Part shown: positions 46,649-56,481 of the stretch, in pieces | Layout: each line of letters opens with the position of its first letter | How positions within the stretch are numbered: position 1 is the stretch's first letter | DNA from: Escherichia phage MIZ6 | Sequence record: OR192075.1 | DNA: 64,000 bases | Strand: one strand, 5' to 3' | The notes under the pieces: model-generated | What the model was told of the DNA's origin: nothing | Databases searched by the model: none | Seen by the model: only the letters and a program-made list of their open reading frames with translations | Translations under genes and position numbers: made by a program

Positions 46649-46867
46649 TTACTTGTTGTATTCATTCCACCACTGGGTGAGCTTATCAATTATTTTTGTG
46701 TTTCTATCCAACTTCTCCCACCGTTTTCTATGGTTTATCAACCGGAATAGGTAAGGTGTACTTGTTAAGTGAACTCGGTCAATGTAGTGATTGATGTACT
46801 GCTTTTCGATTCTAAGTTTCATCTTTTTACGATGAAAATATGCAATGACTTGTTCTTCTGTTTCCAT
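46649..46867 (-). CDS. Hypothetical early protein (72 aa)
   Basis: SD GGAGGAACAT before ATG. Confidence 0.5.
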   Translation of the reverse strand: METEEQVIAYFHRKKMKLRIEKQYINHYIDRVHLTSTPYLFRLINHRKRWEKLDRNTKIIDKLTQWWNEYNK

Positions 46868-46891
46868 ATGTTCCTCCGTTTCGATGGGTGC

Positions 46892-46920
46892 ATTATGCTA
46901 TACCCCGATCCGATTGTCAA
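46892..46920 (-). promoter_or_regulatory. Early promoter cassette (TTGACA-17-CATAAT)
   Basis: Minus-strand hexamers. Confidence 0.55.
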
Positions 46921-46931
46921 CACCCAATAAC

Positions 46932-46955
46932 AAAAAAGTCGCCACTATGGGCGAC
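46932..46955 (-). terminator. Rho-independent terminator
   Basis: GTCGCC-ACTATGG-GCGAC with A-run on plus strand. Confidence 0.6.
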
Positions 46956-46967
46956 TTTGAACAAACA

Positions 46968-47444
46968 TTAATCATGACCGTGATTTGCAATATCCGCTCG
47001 CGTCTTATCTTTGTGATTTCCTACGTCAAAGACACGATAACCATTTTCACGCAAAACTTTAATCACTTCTGGGTTATCCTCAAAGACTCCGACAACTTCA
47101 TCTTTATCAAAGGATTTAATTACCTCTAATTTGATGTGATAGTCTTTACGGGAATCGGTACGGCCTCTCATAAAGATTTTATCAAAACACACCCCGTTAG
47201 AAATTAACCAATCAATTGTTTCCATGTAAGCATGTGAACTTCGTCCGGTGAGGATGTAAATCAAATGCCCGTTGTCGGAAAGAGCATTAATAACACGAAT
47301 TACATCGTAAATGGGGGAATCTCCCCCACATGCCTTGTTATATTCGATCCATGACTCGACTTTATCAAGATTTTCGGTTGGCATCTTTGCTAGTCGATGC
47401 GTTGGATCTGTGATCGTAAAATCTAAATCGACAAAATATATCAT
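46968..47444 (-). CDS. HAD-like phosphatase/nucleotidase
   Basis: FVDLDFTI (DxDxT-like motif I), ILTGR, C-terminal FEDNP. Confidence 0.45.
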   Translation of the reverse strand: MIYFVDLDFTITDPTHRLAKMPTENLDKVESWIEYNKACGGDSPIYDVIRVINALSDNGHLIYILTGRSSHAYMETIDWLISNGVCFDKIFMRGRTDSRKDYHIKLEVIKSFDKDEVVGVFEDNPEVIKVLRENGYRVFDVGNHKDKTRADIANHGHD

Positions 47445-48604
47445 AGATATTTCCCGAATCGGTTGTAGTCGTCGTCTGTTAAATCGGTATTAACCTGAGA
47501 TACCAGATACATGATCTCTACTTCCTGCGCTGCATTCTGTACTTCGTCAGAGTTCAACCATTTACGCATCCACGGTAACGGATGACGACGAACACTAAAC
47601 GGGCTTTTCAGTCCGGCAGCACGCATACGGGAATCTGCCAGGTATTCTATATAGGTTTTCAGAATTTCCGGTGACAGGTTAGGAATTGCCCCCATTGCGA
47701 ATAGGTGGTCTACCCATTCTTTTTCTTGCTCGACAACATCCAGAAAGATTTTCGTTGCTTCGCCTTCAAGTTCTTCCGCAATCTGTTTCCACTCATCACC
47801 ATCAACCCCCGTTTGCCATTGACGAATAATGTATTGTGTGCCTTTTAAGTGAAGTTGTTCATCACGCGCAATAAATTTCATGATCTTCGCGTTACCTTCC
47901 AGTAAACCACGTTCGGCAAAGCTGAAAGTACATGCAAAGGACACATAAAAACGGATTGCCTCCAGTGCATTAACGCAATGCATACACAGATAGAGTGATT
48001 CCATCAGATTGCGTTTAGTTTCTTCCACGTACGAAATGCTATCAGAATATGCATCAAGGTCAAATTCATTTTCAGAAGAACGACTAAAACTTTCTTTAGC
48101 GTCCTCGTATTCACGGATTTTCACCAGAACATCATCATAATATTTCCCGATAGATTCCGCTCGCTTCATGATAGCAGGGTTATCGATGATCTGGTCGAAC
48201 TCACTAGCCGGATCAATGAAACAGTTACGCATAATGTGTGTATAGCTTCGGCTATGAATCGTTTCGCTGAATGTCCATGTTTGCAACCATGTATCGAGAG
48301 TTGGATCAGATACAATTGGACCAAATGCTGCGGACGGTGCGCGACCTTGAATAGAATCAAGTAATGTCTGATACTTCAAGTTTTCAGTAAAGAAACGCTT
48401 TTCAACGTCACCCATATTAAGATATTGAATGCGGTCGGTTGCAAGTGAAATTTCTTCTGGACGCCAGAAAAATGACAATTGCTTTTCGATCAGTTCTTCA
48501 AATACTTGATGACGCTGAATATCATAGCGAGCTATACCCAACCCACTACCCAGAAACATCGGTTCGTTCATAATATCAACATGTTCGCGGTTAAATACGC
48601 TCAT
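47441..48604 (-). CDS. nrdB: Ribonucleotide reductase small subunit
   Basis: Di-iron ligand motifs (ETIHSRSY, ERGLLEG context); 387 aa. Confidence 0.95.
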   Translation of the reverse strand: MSVFNREHVDIMNEPMFLGSGLGIARYDIQRHQVFEELIEKQLSFFWRPEEISLATDRIQYLNMGDVEKRFFTENLKYQTLLDSIQGRAPSAAFGPIVSDPTLDTWLQTWTFSETIHSRSYTHIMRNCFIDPASEFDQIIDNPAIMKRAESIGKYYDDVLVKIREYEDAKESFSRSSENEFDLDAYSDSISYVEETKRNLMESLYLCMHCVNALEAIRFYVSFACTFSFAERGLLEGNAKIMKFIARDEQLHLKGTQYIIRQWQTGVDGDEWKQIAEELEGEATKIFLDVVEQEKEWVDHLFAMGAIPNLSPEILKTYIEYLADSRMRAAGLKSPFSVRRHPLPWMRKWLNSDEVQNAAQEVEIMYLVSQVNTDLTDDDYNRFGKYL

Positions 48605-48619
48605 TAATTCACCTCACTA

Positions 48620-48787
48620 TCACTTTTTAACACAAAAGAACTTAGTATTTCTGTTTATTTCGCTATCCTGCTGCAATTCCTGCACAGCTTCAAAACAATT
48701 TTGATATGATGAAAACTCTACGCTGGTAACAGTTCCTTTATTATATACGCCTACGCTAACGGAAAGCAATAACCATAATGTAGTCAT
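48620..48787 (-). CDS. Small membrane/secreted protein, tandem paralog 1 (55 aa)
   Basis: MTTLWLLLSVSVGVYN hydrophobic N-terminus; start overlaps upstream stop (TAATG). Confidence 0.4.
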   Translation of the reverse strand: MTTLWLLLSVSVGVYNKGTVTSVEFSSYQNCFEAVQELQQDSEINRNTKFFCVKK

Positions 48788-48960
48788 TAGTTCACCTTTT
48801 GTTTTTCAACGCAATATAGATTCATAAAGCGTTTATTGTCTTCGCTGATAATCTCGCGAGCTTTAACGCAATCCTGCTTTGTTGCAAACTCAATGCTTGA
48901 CATATTTCCGTAATTATACATTGAATTGCTTATTGCAATCAATAACCATACAGTAGCCAT
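48787..48960 (-). CDS. Small membrane/secreted protein, tandem paralog 2 (57 aa)
   Basis: MATVWLLIAISNSMYN; shares SS.EF and C.K.E motifs with paralog 1. Confidence 0.4.
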   Translation of the reverse strand: MATVWLLIAISNSMYNYGNMSSIEFATKQDCVKAREIISEDNKRFMNLYCVEKQKVN

Positions 48961-49127
48961 TATCCGACAACCTCAAAACATTTATCATCAGGAAGAATCG
49001 CCCATTCTACACCGTATTCATCCTCGACGTAGTAGCAAGTCCCATCATGTCGAGCATCATATTCATCACCAACAACAAAGCTATCAGCTAGTTCAAAATC
49101 TACAGCAACACATTTTAATTTGGTCAT
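48960..49127 (-). CDS. Hypothetical small protein (55 aa from ATG 49127)
   Basis: SD GTGAGGATTT before ATG; track ORF extends to GTG at 49190. Confidence 0.4.
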   Translation of the reverse strand: MTKLKCVAVDFELADSFVVGDEYDARHDGTCYYVEDEYGVEWAILPDDKCFEVVG

Positions 49128-49158
49128 AATAAAATCCTCACTTGTTTTTGATGGTTGT

Positions 49159-49187
49159 ATTATAGCGGGGATTTCTCCCCGCGTCAA
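49159..49187 (-). promoter_or_regulatory. Early promoter cassette (TTGACG-17-TATAAT), spacer palindrome CGGGGA-TTTC-TCCCCG
   Basis: Sits 9 nt below nrdA stop. Confidence 0.5.
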
Positions 49188-49195
49188 CACTTATT

Positions 49196-51439
49196 TTACA
49201 GCTTGCAAGATGAGCACTCGCTAGAGTCTTCCGTACCATCTGCACCGTCGCGAACGTTCGCATAATACAGGGTTTTCAGACCGTAATATTGAGCAAACAA
49301 CATATCATCTAAAACATCAGCAATATCGACTTTACCCGTCTTATAAGTGCTTGGATCGTAGGATGTGTTGGAACTAATCGCCTGATCTACAAACTTCTGC
49401 ATGATCGCTGCCAGTGTCAGATAAGGCTTGTTACCTTTCTTGATCAGTGTCCAAAGCAGGTCAATAACATCAGCATTATTCTCTACGTTCGGAATAACCT
49501 GATTAAATTGCCCTTCTTTCGATCCTTTAACCGATACAATACCGCGAGGCGGTTCAATACCGTTTGTGCTGTTAGATACCTGAGAAGACGACTCACAAGG
49601 CATCAGAGCCGAAAGCGTACTGTTACGAATGCCATATTTTTTCAGGTCTTCGCGCAGTTCTTCCCAATCCATCTCATATACCGGATCAACCAGTTCATCT
49701 ACTGTCTTTTTGTACCAGTCGATAGGCAGTTCACCGCGACCATAACGTGTTTCGTGCATCAGTTCGCAAGCACCCTTCTCTTTAGCCAGTTGCACACTAG
49801 CCTTAATCAGAGCATATTGCAAGCGTTCAAACGTTTTATGCGTAAACTCGTTAGCGTCTTCATATGTGAAGAAATTATCCGCGAGATACGATGCAAAGTT
49901 AGTCACCCCAACACCCAGAGAGCGACGTTTTTTGGCTGTCAGAGCTTGCTCTACAGGATAATCCTGGTAATCTAACAGGTTGTCAAGTGCACGCACCATA
50001 ACCATAGCAATGCGTTCTACTTCTTCCATATTTTCGATATCAAAGTTTCCTAAAACATATGCTGCCAAAGTACATAGGCTGATCTCTGAATCATCACGAC
50101 CCATCGGTTTTGTAGGCAGAGCAATTTCACAACACAGGTTGGATTGTTTAATCGGTGCTACATTACGAATAAACGCCCCGTGATTGTTCATGTTGTCTGT
50201 GAACGTTGGGTAGATTCGACCAGTGTTAAAACGTTCAATTGCCACCGCTAAAAACAGGTCTTCGGCTTTAACACGAGTTTTACGAACACTCGGATCTTTT
50301 TCCAGTTTTTCGTAAAGCTGGCGGAAACCTTCCTCATCTCGGAAGTATAGATCCCACAACAAGCCACCTGCAACATCTGGACTAAACAGAGTAATGTAAT
50401 CCCGTTTAAGGAATCGCTCTACCATCAGGTTATTAATCTGTACGCCGTAATCAAGATGACGAATGCGGTTATCTTCCACCCCCTTATTGTTCTTTAACAC
50501 AATCAGACTTTCAAACTCTAAATGCCACATTGGGTAATAGAGAGTCGCCGCCCCGCCACGAATACCGCCTTGTGAGCATGACTTAACGGCAGTCTGAAAA
50601 TGTTTCCAGAATGGGATAACGCCAGTATGACGAACTTCACCATGCCCGATCTTAGATCCTTCCGCGCGAATCATGCCAGCGTTGATACCGATACCAGCAC
50701 GCTTGCTAATATACTTGATGATTGCATTTGCTGTTTCGTTGATGCCCTGCAATGAGTCATCACTTTCAATCACCACACACGAACTAAATTGGCGTGTTGG
50801 GGTACGCACACCTGCCATAATCGGAGTAGGCAGAGAGATTTGCTTATTCGCAACAGCATTATAAAAATCAATCACATGTTCAAGTCGATTTTCGGTCTCT
50901 TCTTGATGCAAGCACATACCGATCAGCATATACGCAAATTGCGGTGTTTCGATGATTTTCTTAGTGCTGCGATCCTGAACAAGATATTTCTCTTTTAACT
51001 GCATCGCACCAGCATAGGTCATTTTAAAATCAAGTTTATGGTCGATGAATTTCTCCAGATATTCCACTTCTTCACGGGAATACTTTTGCAGAATTTCGCG
51101 ATCATATTTTCCGATTGCAATATTACGCTCAATATGGCTATAAAAATCAATAGGTTGGAATTGACCGTATACTGATTTACGAAGCGCGAACATTGCAAGG
51201 TTACTTGCTACATATTGATAATCGGGTGTTTCTACCGTGATGTTATCTGCGGCGACCTTAATCAATACTTTCTGGATATCATTGGTAGACATACCTTCTG
51301 TCAGAAGTGGTTCAACCATATCAAACAATTCATATGGATCAACGTTATGACCTTCGGCTGCCGCTTCCAGAATTTTCATTACTTTTTCTTTTTCAAACGG
51401 AACAGTCAGACCGGAAGACTTAACAACATTTTTAATCAT
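49196..51439 (-). CDS. nrdA: Ribonucleotide reductase large subunit
   Basis: 747 aa; N-terminal ATP-cone and catalytic Cys/Asn/Glu blocks. Confidence 0.95.
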   Translation of the reverse strand: MIKNVVKSSGLTVPFEKEKVMKILEAAAEGHNVDPYELFDMVEPLLTEGMSTNDIQKVLIKVAADNITVETPDYQYVASNLAMFALRKSVYGQFQPIDFYSHIERNIAIGKYDREILQKYSREEVEYLEKFIDHKLDFKMTYAGAMQLKEKYLVQDRSTKKIIETPQFAYMLIGMCLHQEETENRLEHVIDFYNAVANKQISLPTPIMAGVRTPTRQFSSCVVIESDDSLQGINETANAIIKYISKRAGIGINAGMIRAEGSKIGHGEVRHTGVIPFWKHFQTAVKSCSQGGIRGGAATLYYPMWHLEFESLIVLKNNKGVEDNRIRHLDYGVQINNLMVERFLKRDYITLFSPDVAGGLLWDLYFRDEEGFRQLYEKLEKDPSVRKTRVKAEDLFLAVAIERFNTGRIYPTFTDNMNNHGAFIRNVAPIKQSNLCCEIALPTKPMGRDDSEISLCTLAAYVLGNFDIENMEEVERIAMVMVRALDNLLDYQDYPVEQALTAKKRRSLGVGVTNFASYLADNFFTYEDANEFTHKTFERLQYALIKASVQLAKEKGACELMHETRYGRGELPIDWYKKTVDELVDPVYEMDWEELREDLKKYGIRNSTLSALMPCESSSQVSNSTNGIEPPRGIVSVKGSKEGQFNQVIPNVENNADVIDLLWTLIKKGNKPYLTLAAIMQKFVDQAISSNTSYDPSTYKTGKVDIADVLDDMLFAQYYGLKTLYYANVRDGADGTEDSSECSSCKL

Positions 51440-51486
51440 ATTACCTCACTTCATATTTTAGCAGGAACAAGTTTATCCTCCATATT

Positions 51487-51502
51487 GGGGGCTTTCGCCC
51501 CC
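51487..51502. other. GC-rich hairpin GGGGGC-TTTC-GCCCCC between td and nrdA
   Basis: T-rich tail is on the plus strand, opposite to both flanking genes. Confidence 0.5.
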
Positions 51503-51507
51503 TTTGT

Positions 51508-52740
51508 TTATACTGCCATTTGAGCGGTGATCGCTGGATGGCTTTGATAGTTGTGAATTTTAAAGTCTTTCGGAGTCTTTGTCAATACCTCATCTAAAGA
51601 TTTAAATTCCGGCAACTCAATTGTTGGTTTATCAAACGGAACACGGCTTAACTGTTCCATAACTTGATCAAAGTGGTTTTTGTAAATGTGAGTATCTCCA
51701 CCAGAGAAAATCAGTTCTCCTACCTCAAGATCACACATTTTCGCTATGATGTGAGTTAACAGCGCATAGCTGGCAACATTAAAGGGCAAGCCCAAAAAGC
51801 TGTCTACGCTTCGCTGAAACCACATACAAGACAGTTTACCTTCATTGACGTAGAATTGCACGAAAGGATGACATACACCCAATACAGCATTATGTGTTCC
51901 TTGTACGTTCCATGAGTCAATGATGATACGTCGATCCGTTGGATTGTTTTTAATTTGTTCAATCACGTTTTGTAACTGGTCTTCCCAAATCTTCGGGCGA
52001 TAGACATATTCTTCATCGTCTTTAGTGCTCGATGTGTCTACGTCCATACTAGCAAAGATCGTGGTATCTGGTGCTAAAATATCCCCACCCAGATAATCAC
52101 TATCAAGTAGATAACCGAAATAACCATCATCTACCCATTCCTGGAATCCCCACAAGCAATATGCATCATTAACAAAATTAGATTGAGTCTTCCAGTGATC
52201 TGCTACTAAGAATTGATTATATTCAGAATCAAACTCTTCATAACGCATACCACGCCAGATAGCACATAAACGGTCTTCTGTGTCGTTGGTTGGCGTAAAG
52301 TCTTCTACCCACGGGTGTTTAAATGTATGTGTATATTTGCTCTTAACGCGCTTAATTTTGATTTCACCGTGTGGATGAATCGGTTTGCGTCGCCATGCCA
52401 TACCATACATATTGCCGACATTATAACCATTGAATCGCAAAGGATTCTTTTCTTTCATATCAAGACAGTTGCCGCGCCAAATGTCGAAGGCTTCTTCGTC
52501 AAACTTTCCGCGTGTAATTTCCTGTAAGCGACGGCGGTCAAGTGATCCCTCCATAAACCATAGCAATTCGCCAATTACAGAGGCTGTAGCCATCTTTTTA
52601 GTGGTCAGTAACGGAAACCCCTTGCTTAAGTCAATTCGCATCTCTGCGCCGAATTTAGAGAGCGTACCTACCCCCGTTCGGTCTTCACGAGGCCAACCGT
52701 TATCAAGAACATCACGCAATAGTTTCAAATATTCTTTCAT
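51508..52740 (-). CDS. td: Thymidylate synthase with ~135-aa in-frame insertion
   Basis: NPTDRRIIIDSWN, VCHPFVQFYV, GGDTHIYKNH (Asn retained); 410 aa versus ~265-290 typical. Confidence 0.85.
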   Translation of the reverse strand: MKEYLKLLRDVLDNGWPREDRTGVGTLSKFGAEMRIDLSKGFPLLTTKKMATASVIGELLWFMEGSLDRRRLQEITRGKFDEEAFDIWRGNCLDMKEKNPLRFNGYNVGNMYGMAWRRKPIHPHGEIKIKRVKSKYTHTFKHPWVEDFTPTNDTEDRLCAIWRGMRYEEFDSEYNQFLVADHWKTQSNFVNDAYCLWGFQEWVDDGYFGYLLDSDYLGGDILAPDTTIFASMDVDTSSTKDDEEYVYRPKIWEDQLQNVIEQIKNNPTDRRIIIDSWNVQGTHNAVLGVCHPFVQFYVNEGKLSCMWFQRSVDSFLGLPFNVASYALLTHIIAKMCDLEVGELIFSGGDTHIYKNHFDQVMEQLSRVPFDKPTIELPEFKSLDEVLTKTPKDFKIHNYQSHPAITAQMAV

Positions 52741-52981
52741 CCCACATCACCTTTTTCTTGTTGATTGCTTTCTTACGCAGTTTTGCTACTGTCTCGTCAA
52801 TATCGATAAAGACAACGCCACGGTCGAATACAGTAGCAGGTCTTGAGATATCGCTATTTTCTTGCACAGGAAGCCATGATGCGCTCGCTTCATCATAGAG
52901 ATATTGTAAACCGTAATAATCTACGGCTACTGCGTAGTTTTCACTGGTAGCCGTCCATAATTGAATAATACCGACTTTCAT
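52712..52981 (-). CDS. Hypothetical protein (90 aa from ATG 52981)
   Basis: ATG overlaps upstream stop (TAATG). Confidence 0.4.
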   Translation of the reverse strand: MKVGIIQLWTATSENYAVAVDYYGLQYLYDEASASWLPVQENSDISRPATVFDRGVVFIDIDETVAKLRKKAINKKKVMWDERIFETIA

Positions 52982-53073
52982 TATTGTTCCCGTCCGCAAT
53001 GTAAGCACCGACTACCAGCAAACATTAAAGATTCACCACAATGTTTGCACTCATAATCTGTCAGAATTTTCAT
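52981..53073 (-). CDS. Tiny Zn-ribbon protein (30 aa)
   Basis: MKILTDYECKHCG ... CLHCG, two CxxC pairs. Confidence 0.3.
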   Translation of the reverse strand: MKILTDYECKHCGESLMFAGSRCLHCGREQ

Positions 53074-53074
53074 G

Positions 53075-53644
53075 TTACGCCTTCTTACGTTCTAAAATTT
53101 GTTCGCTGATCAGGTAATTATCAAGGAAGTAATTATGTTCTTCTTTGGTTACAAAGTCAAAATATAATTCCTGAATCATTTCCTTAGAGATACCAACATC
53201 ATATTCAAATGGATCGTTGATCCCTGAACGTTGAACATACGTTAACACAATACGGTCCGCAAAGTCAACCGCTTTTTCAATCAGGGAAGGTCCGCCGATA
53301 ACACTTACCAAACCTTGCGTTTTCTCTAGGGCTTTTAACAGATCCTTCAATTCAATTCCAGTATACACATCAGGTTGGTCGCCATTTTTAGCTTTCGGTT
53401 CTGGCTTGCTGGTATCGGTGCTAATAACCACATTCAAACGTCCCCAAAGTGCTTTAGGCAGACTTTCAAAGGTATTACGTCCCATTACTACCGCAGCAAA
53501 ATCAACCTCGCCAATAGTGCGGATTTTAAAGTTTTCCATATCTTTTTTGATTGGACGCCCCCACGGTAAACCGCCTTTAAAACCAAAAGCCCAATTTTCA
53601 TCCGACATTTTAGTGTCACCAATCGCAAATACACATTGAATCAT
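53075..53644 (-). CDS. frd: Dihydrofolate reductase
   Basis: 189 aa; GLPWGRP and NVVIS motifs. Confidence 0.85.
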   Translation of the reverse strand: MIQCVFAIGDTKMSDENWAFGFKGGLPWGRPIKKDMENFKIRTIGEVDFAAVVMGRNTFESLPKALWGRLNVVISTDTSKPEPKAKNGDQPDVYTGIELKDLLKALEKTQGLVSVIGGPSLIEKAVDFADRIVLTYVQRSGINDPFEYDVGISKEMIQELYFDFVTKEEHNYFLDNYLISEQILERKKA

Positions 53645-53659
53645 AATATAAATCTCCTA

Positions 53660-53989
53660 TCAAATCAGTTTAAAGAAGTTTTCGTTTACATTTTCTTCTG
53701 TGATTGCTGTCTTAAATTCTTGACCGTTATCCGGTGTGATGAAATAACGGTCAGAATAATCACGAAAACGTTTTAAGTGAGATACCCCAACATTAACACC
53801 ATTTTCCCAAAAACGAAAGGTAATCATTTTTGGTTCATATCGATAGTCGCTGGTTAACACAGTACCATCACCGCGACGGGCTTCATAAACCGTAATACAT
53901 TCACGATTAGCGGCTTTAAGGCATTCTTCAATAGTGCCGCACGAGATAATACTTACTTTTTCATCTACGATTTGTTCTACAGTCCACAT
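53660..53989 (-). CDS. Hypothetical protein (109 aa)
   Basis: SD AGAGGATTAT before ATG; promoter cassette upstream. Confidence 0.5.
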   Translation of the reverse strand: MWTVEQIVDEKVSIISCGTIEECLKAANRECITVYEARRGDGTVLTSDYRYEPKMITFRFWENGVNVGVSHLKRFRDYSDRYFITPDNGQEFKTAITEENVNENFFKLI

Positions 53990-54020
53990 AATATAATCCT
54001 CTCTTTGTTTTGATGTTTGT

Positions 54021-54048
54021 ATTATACACTATTGCGTTGCGCTGTCAA
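54021..54048 (-). promoter_or_regulatory. Early promoter cassette (TTGACA-16-TATAAT)
   Basis: -35 overlaps stop of upstream gene. Confidence 0.5.
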
Positions 54049-54374
54049 CCTTTTTGTTCCATGAAAAGCGGTGCTGTTTCTTCTTTCAGTTTAATAACTA
54101 GCGCGGAAACTTCATCAAGAAAATCTTTTTCCATATGAGCAAGCATTGATTTAGAATCTTTGATGACTTTCAAAGAATATTCACTTAGATTTCCTTGTCC
54201 TAACAATAATGCAGGATACACACTATGTGGGATCTCGATTTCATGATATTCGCTCATATTATAATATTTGTGAATTTTTAAATCTATATTTCTTCGTTGT
54301 ACGTCCACATCAGCAATGACATACAGAAGTTCGATTTTATCACTTTTCTGGGAAAGGGTAGCATTCAAAAACAT
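54045..54374 (-). CDS. Hypothetical protein (109 aa)
   Basis: SD CGGAGGATTAA before ATG. Confidence 0.5.
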   Translation of the reverse strand: MFLNATLSQKSDKIELLYVIADVDVQRRNIDLKIHKYYNMSEYHEIEIPHSVYPALLLGQGNLSEYSLKVIKDSKSMLAHMEKDFLDEVSALVIKLKEETAPLFMEQKG

Positions 54375-54403
54375 TGTTAATCCTCCGTTGTTTCGATGAG
54401 TTC

Positions 54404-54431
54404 ATTATACATTACCTCGCCAACATGTCAA
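54404..54431 (-). promoter_or_regulatory. Early promoter cassette (TTGACA-16-TATAAT)
   Basis: Minus-strand hexamers. Confidence 0.5.
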
Positions 54432-54454
54432 TACATTTTCATAAAATTTTAGGC

Positions 54455-54483
54455 AATAAAAAAGCCTCCCCGAAGGAAGGCTT
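54455..54483 (-). terminator. Rho-independent terminator after gene 32
   Basis: AAGCCT-CCCCGAAGGA-AGGCTT with A-run on plus strand. Confidence 0.6.
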
Positions 54484-54492
54484 TAAAATTCA

Positions 54493-55461
54493 TTACATCC
54501 CTAACAGAGCGTCAAGATCATCCAGATCAGAAGCGGAGGAAGTACCGCCACCCAGGTCCAGAGATGCCATCAGGTCATCAGCGGAAGAATCTAACGCCGT
54601 GCTAGCTGCGTTAATACCAACTACAGTGCTAGCTGCGGTAGTACCAGCGTCGAATGCATTCATCTGTGCGTCAAAATCATCAAGCTGGCTGTTAATCGCT
54701 GCCGCAGCACTGGAAGCCGCAGCACCAGCTACCATAGAAACGCCCATAGTTTTCTTAAATTTGGTTTCCAGTTCATCGAACGGTTTAAACTGGCTAGGCG
54801 CTACAATCTCACTCAGATCAACCATGTTTTCCATCAGATATTTCTGATATGCTTCGTCTTCAATTTTCGGAAGCTGTGATTGCTGCATGAAACGAGAATC
54901 ATCATAGTTCTGGTGTTTATCAACCTTCTTAGCTTTCAGGAGGAAGTTAGCACCGGAGAACACACAAGTTACATCTACCGGAACTTCGCCCATGTCGGTA
55001 TTCACGTTCACCATTGCAACGATCTTATCATAAATTTTCTGACCGAAGCGGAATTTGAATACCTTACCTTCATTTTCTGGTGCTTGAGGATCTTTCAGTA
55101 CCAGAATGTTTGCGTAGTAAGACGCTTTACGCTTAATCAGTTGCCATTCGGTTTTATCGGTATTGTATAGGTCTTTTTCGTTAATATATTTGCACACAGG
55201 GCAAGAATCAAAATCACCGTGGGTGCTGGAGCAGTTTTCCCAATACCATTTACCATTAACTTTGAAGGAATGGTTTACCAGTTTCACAATCGGCAGACCG
55301 TCTTCTGTCTTAGACGGCAGGAAGCGAATCAGGGCTTCACCGTTACCTGCTGCATCAGTCTTAATCTTCCACTCTTTCGGATCTTCTTTGGAGAAACCGT
55401 TGCCACCTTTCAGTGCGGCCAGTTGAGCTTGCAGTTTGGAAGAATCTTGGCGTTTAAACAT
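54493..55461 (-). CDS. 32: Single-stranded DNA-binding protein gp32
   Basis: From ATG 55461; [13 protein letters not shown], zinc ligands H-C-C-C, acidic C-terminus. Confidence 0.95.
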   Translation of the reverse strand: MFKRQDSSKLQAQLAALKGGNGFSKEDPKEWKIKTDAAGNGEALIRFLPSKTEDGLPIVKLVNHSFKVNGKWYWENCSSTHGDFDSCPVCKYINEKDLYNTDKTEWQLIKRKASYYANILVLKDPQAPENEGKVFKFRFGQKIYDKIVAMVNVNTDMGEVPVDVTCVFSGANFLLKAKKVDKHQNYDDSRFMQQSQLPKIEDEAYQKYLMENMVDLSEIVAPSQFKPFDELETKFKKTMGVSMVAGAAASSAAAAINSQLDDFDAQMNAFDAGTTAASTVVGINAASTALDSSADDLMASLDLGGGTSSASDLDDLDALLGM

Positions 55462-55521
55462 ATTCACTATTCCTTCTTTTGATTAATTTACTAGACTATT
55501 ATACAGATTTAAATTTACTTG

Positions 55522-56202
55522 TCAACTATTTGTTTCGGCTTTTAATTGAGATATTTCTTTACACTCTTTAACTACTTTAACAAATAATGCTCTTGCTTTT
55601 GCGGCGTCAATAACAAGTAGTTTCTTGTACGCCTTCATTTTAACACTATAAGTTTGCCAAATCAAGTCTTTGGCTACCTTGTCGTGTTCGTCGATTATAT
55701 TTAGAAAGCTATCTAACAACATAAAAGACTCAAACGATATAATCCGATTTTGCAGTAGTTTAAAGATACCGCTAGTTTCGGTTGCGGGATTGTATGTGAT
55801 TAGCTCTTTAAGAGTAACCCCGCGTTTCTCGGAGAAGTATACCAGACTTTTAATGTCATCGTCAAATCGTGTTGCTGCATCGGTTATCTTTCCTATGTAT
55901 TCCATATAAAAGCCGTATGCGTCAACATCAGTGATTTCACCTACCCATGCATCGGTATTGGCTACCAGATTGCTTAGGAATAGGAAGTATAGTTCTCTTA
56001 GATTGTACTTTTCCGCTAATTTTGCGAAATAATACTTATCTCTGCGTTTATTGAATGCGGCATCAGACAACCGCATCCTCCAATTGTATTTTACACAATC
56101 ATAACGCCCGTTCATATGAGCTTTCATCATGCAATATAACATATACACAGATTTAGCATTAATTCGCATATCTGGATCTGGAGGAAGACGGTTTCTGATC
56201 AT
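55522..56202 (-). CDS. 59: Helicase loader gp59
   Basis: KSVYMLYCMMKAHMNGRYD and YFAKLAEKY blocks match T4 gp59. Confidence 0.9.
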   Translation of the reverse strand: MIRNRLPPDPDMRINAKSVYMLYCMMKAHMNGRYDCVKYNWRMRLSDAAFNKRRDKYYFAKLAEKYNLRELYFLFLSNLVANTDAWVGEITDVDAYGFYMEYIGKITDAATRFDDDIKSLVYFSEKRGVTLKELITYNPATETSGIFKLLQNRIISFESFMLLDSFLNIIDEHDKVAKDLIWQTYSVKMKAYKKLLVIDAAKARALFVKVVKECKEISQLKAETNS

Positions 56203-56211
56203 ACATACCCC

Positions 56212-56481
56212 TTAAATATCGAGAGTGTTGGTCGGTTCGTCGATCACTCCCTTCCTGAGCGTTCTATTTACTATACATTCTTGTGTGATCTTGTCAATAA
56301 TGGACACCGGAATATACTTCTGATAGTGACCATATTCGATAGAGTTTTCCTCTACAAACTGCGTTGTCGCTTCAAGATAAGTCAACCCCTCTTCAACAAC
56401 CAGTTTTTCGATTGCAAGACCGTTTGCTGTTTTATTCGCGGCTTTTACCGCATGTTCATTAAGCATTGAACACCCGATCAT
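56212..56481 (-). CDS. Possible late transcription co-activator gp33 (by synteny only)
   Basis: 89-aa ORF between gene 59 and dsbA, where gene 33 lies in T4; alternative ATG at 56466. Confidence 0.35.
   Translation of the reverse strand: MIGCSMLNEHAVKAANKTANGLAIEKLVVEEGLTYLEATTQFVEENSIEYGHYQKYIPVSIIDKITQECIVNRTLRKGVIDEPTNTLDI

Noticed and set aside
51508-52740. Group I intron in td, as in T4
   Set aside because: The td reading frame is continuous over 410 codons with no stop codons; the extra length is an in-frame protein insertion.
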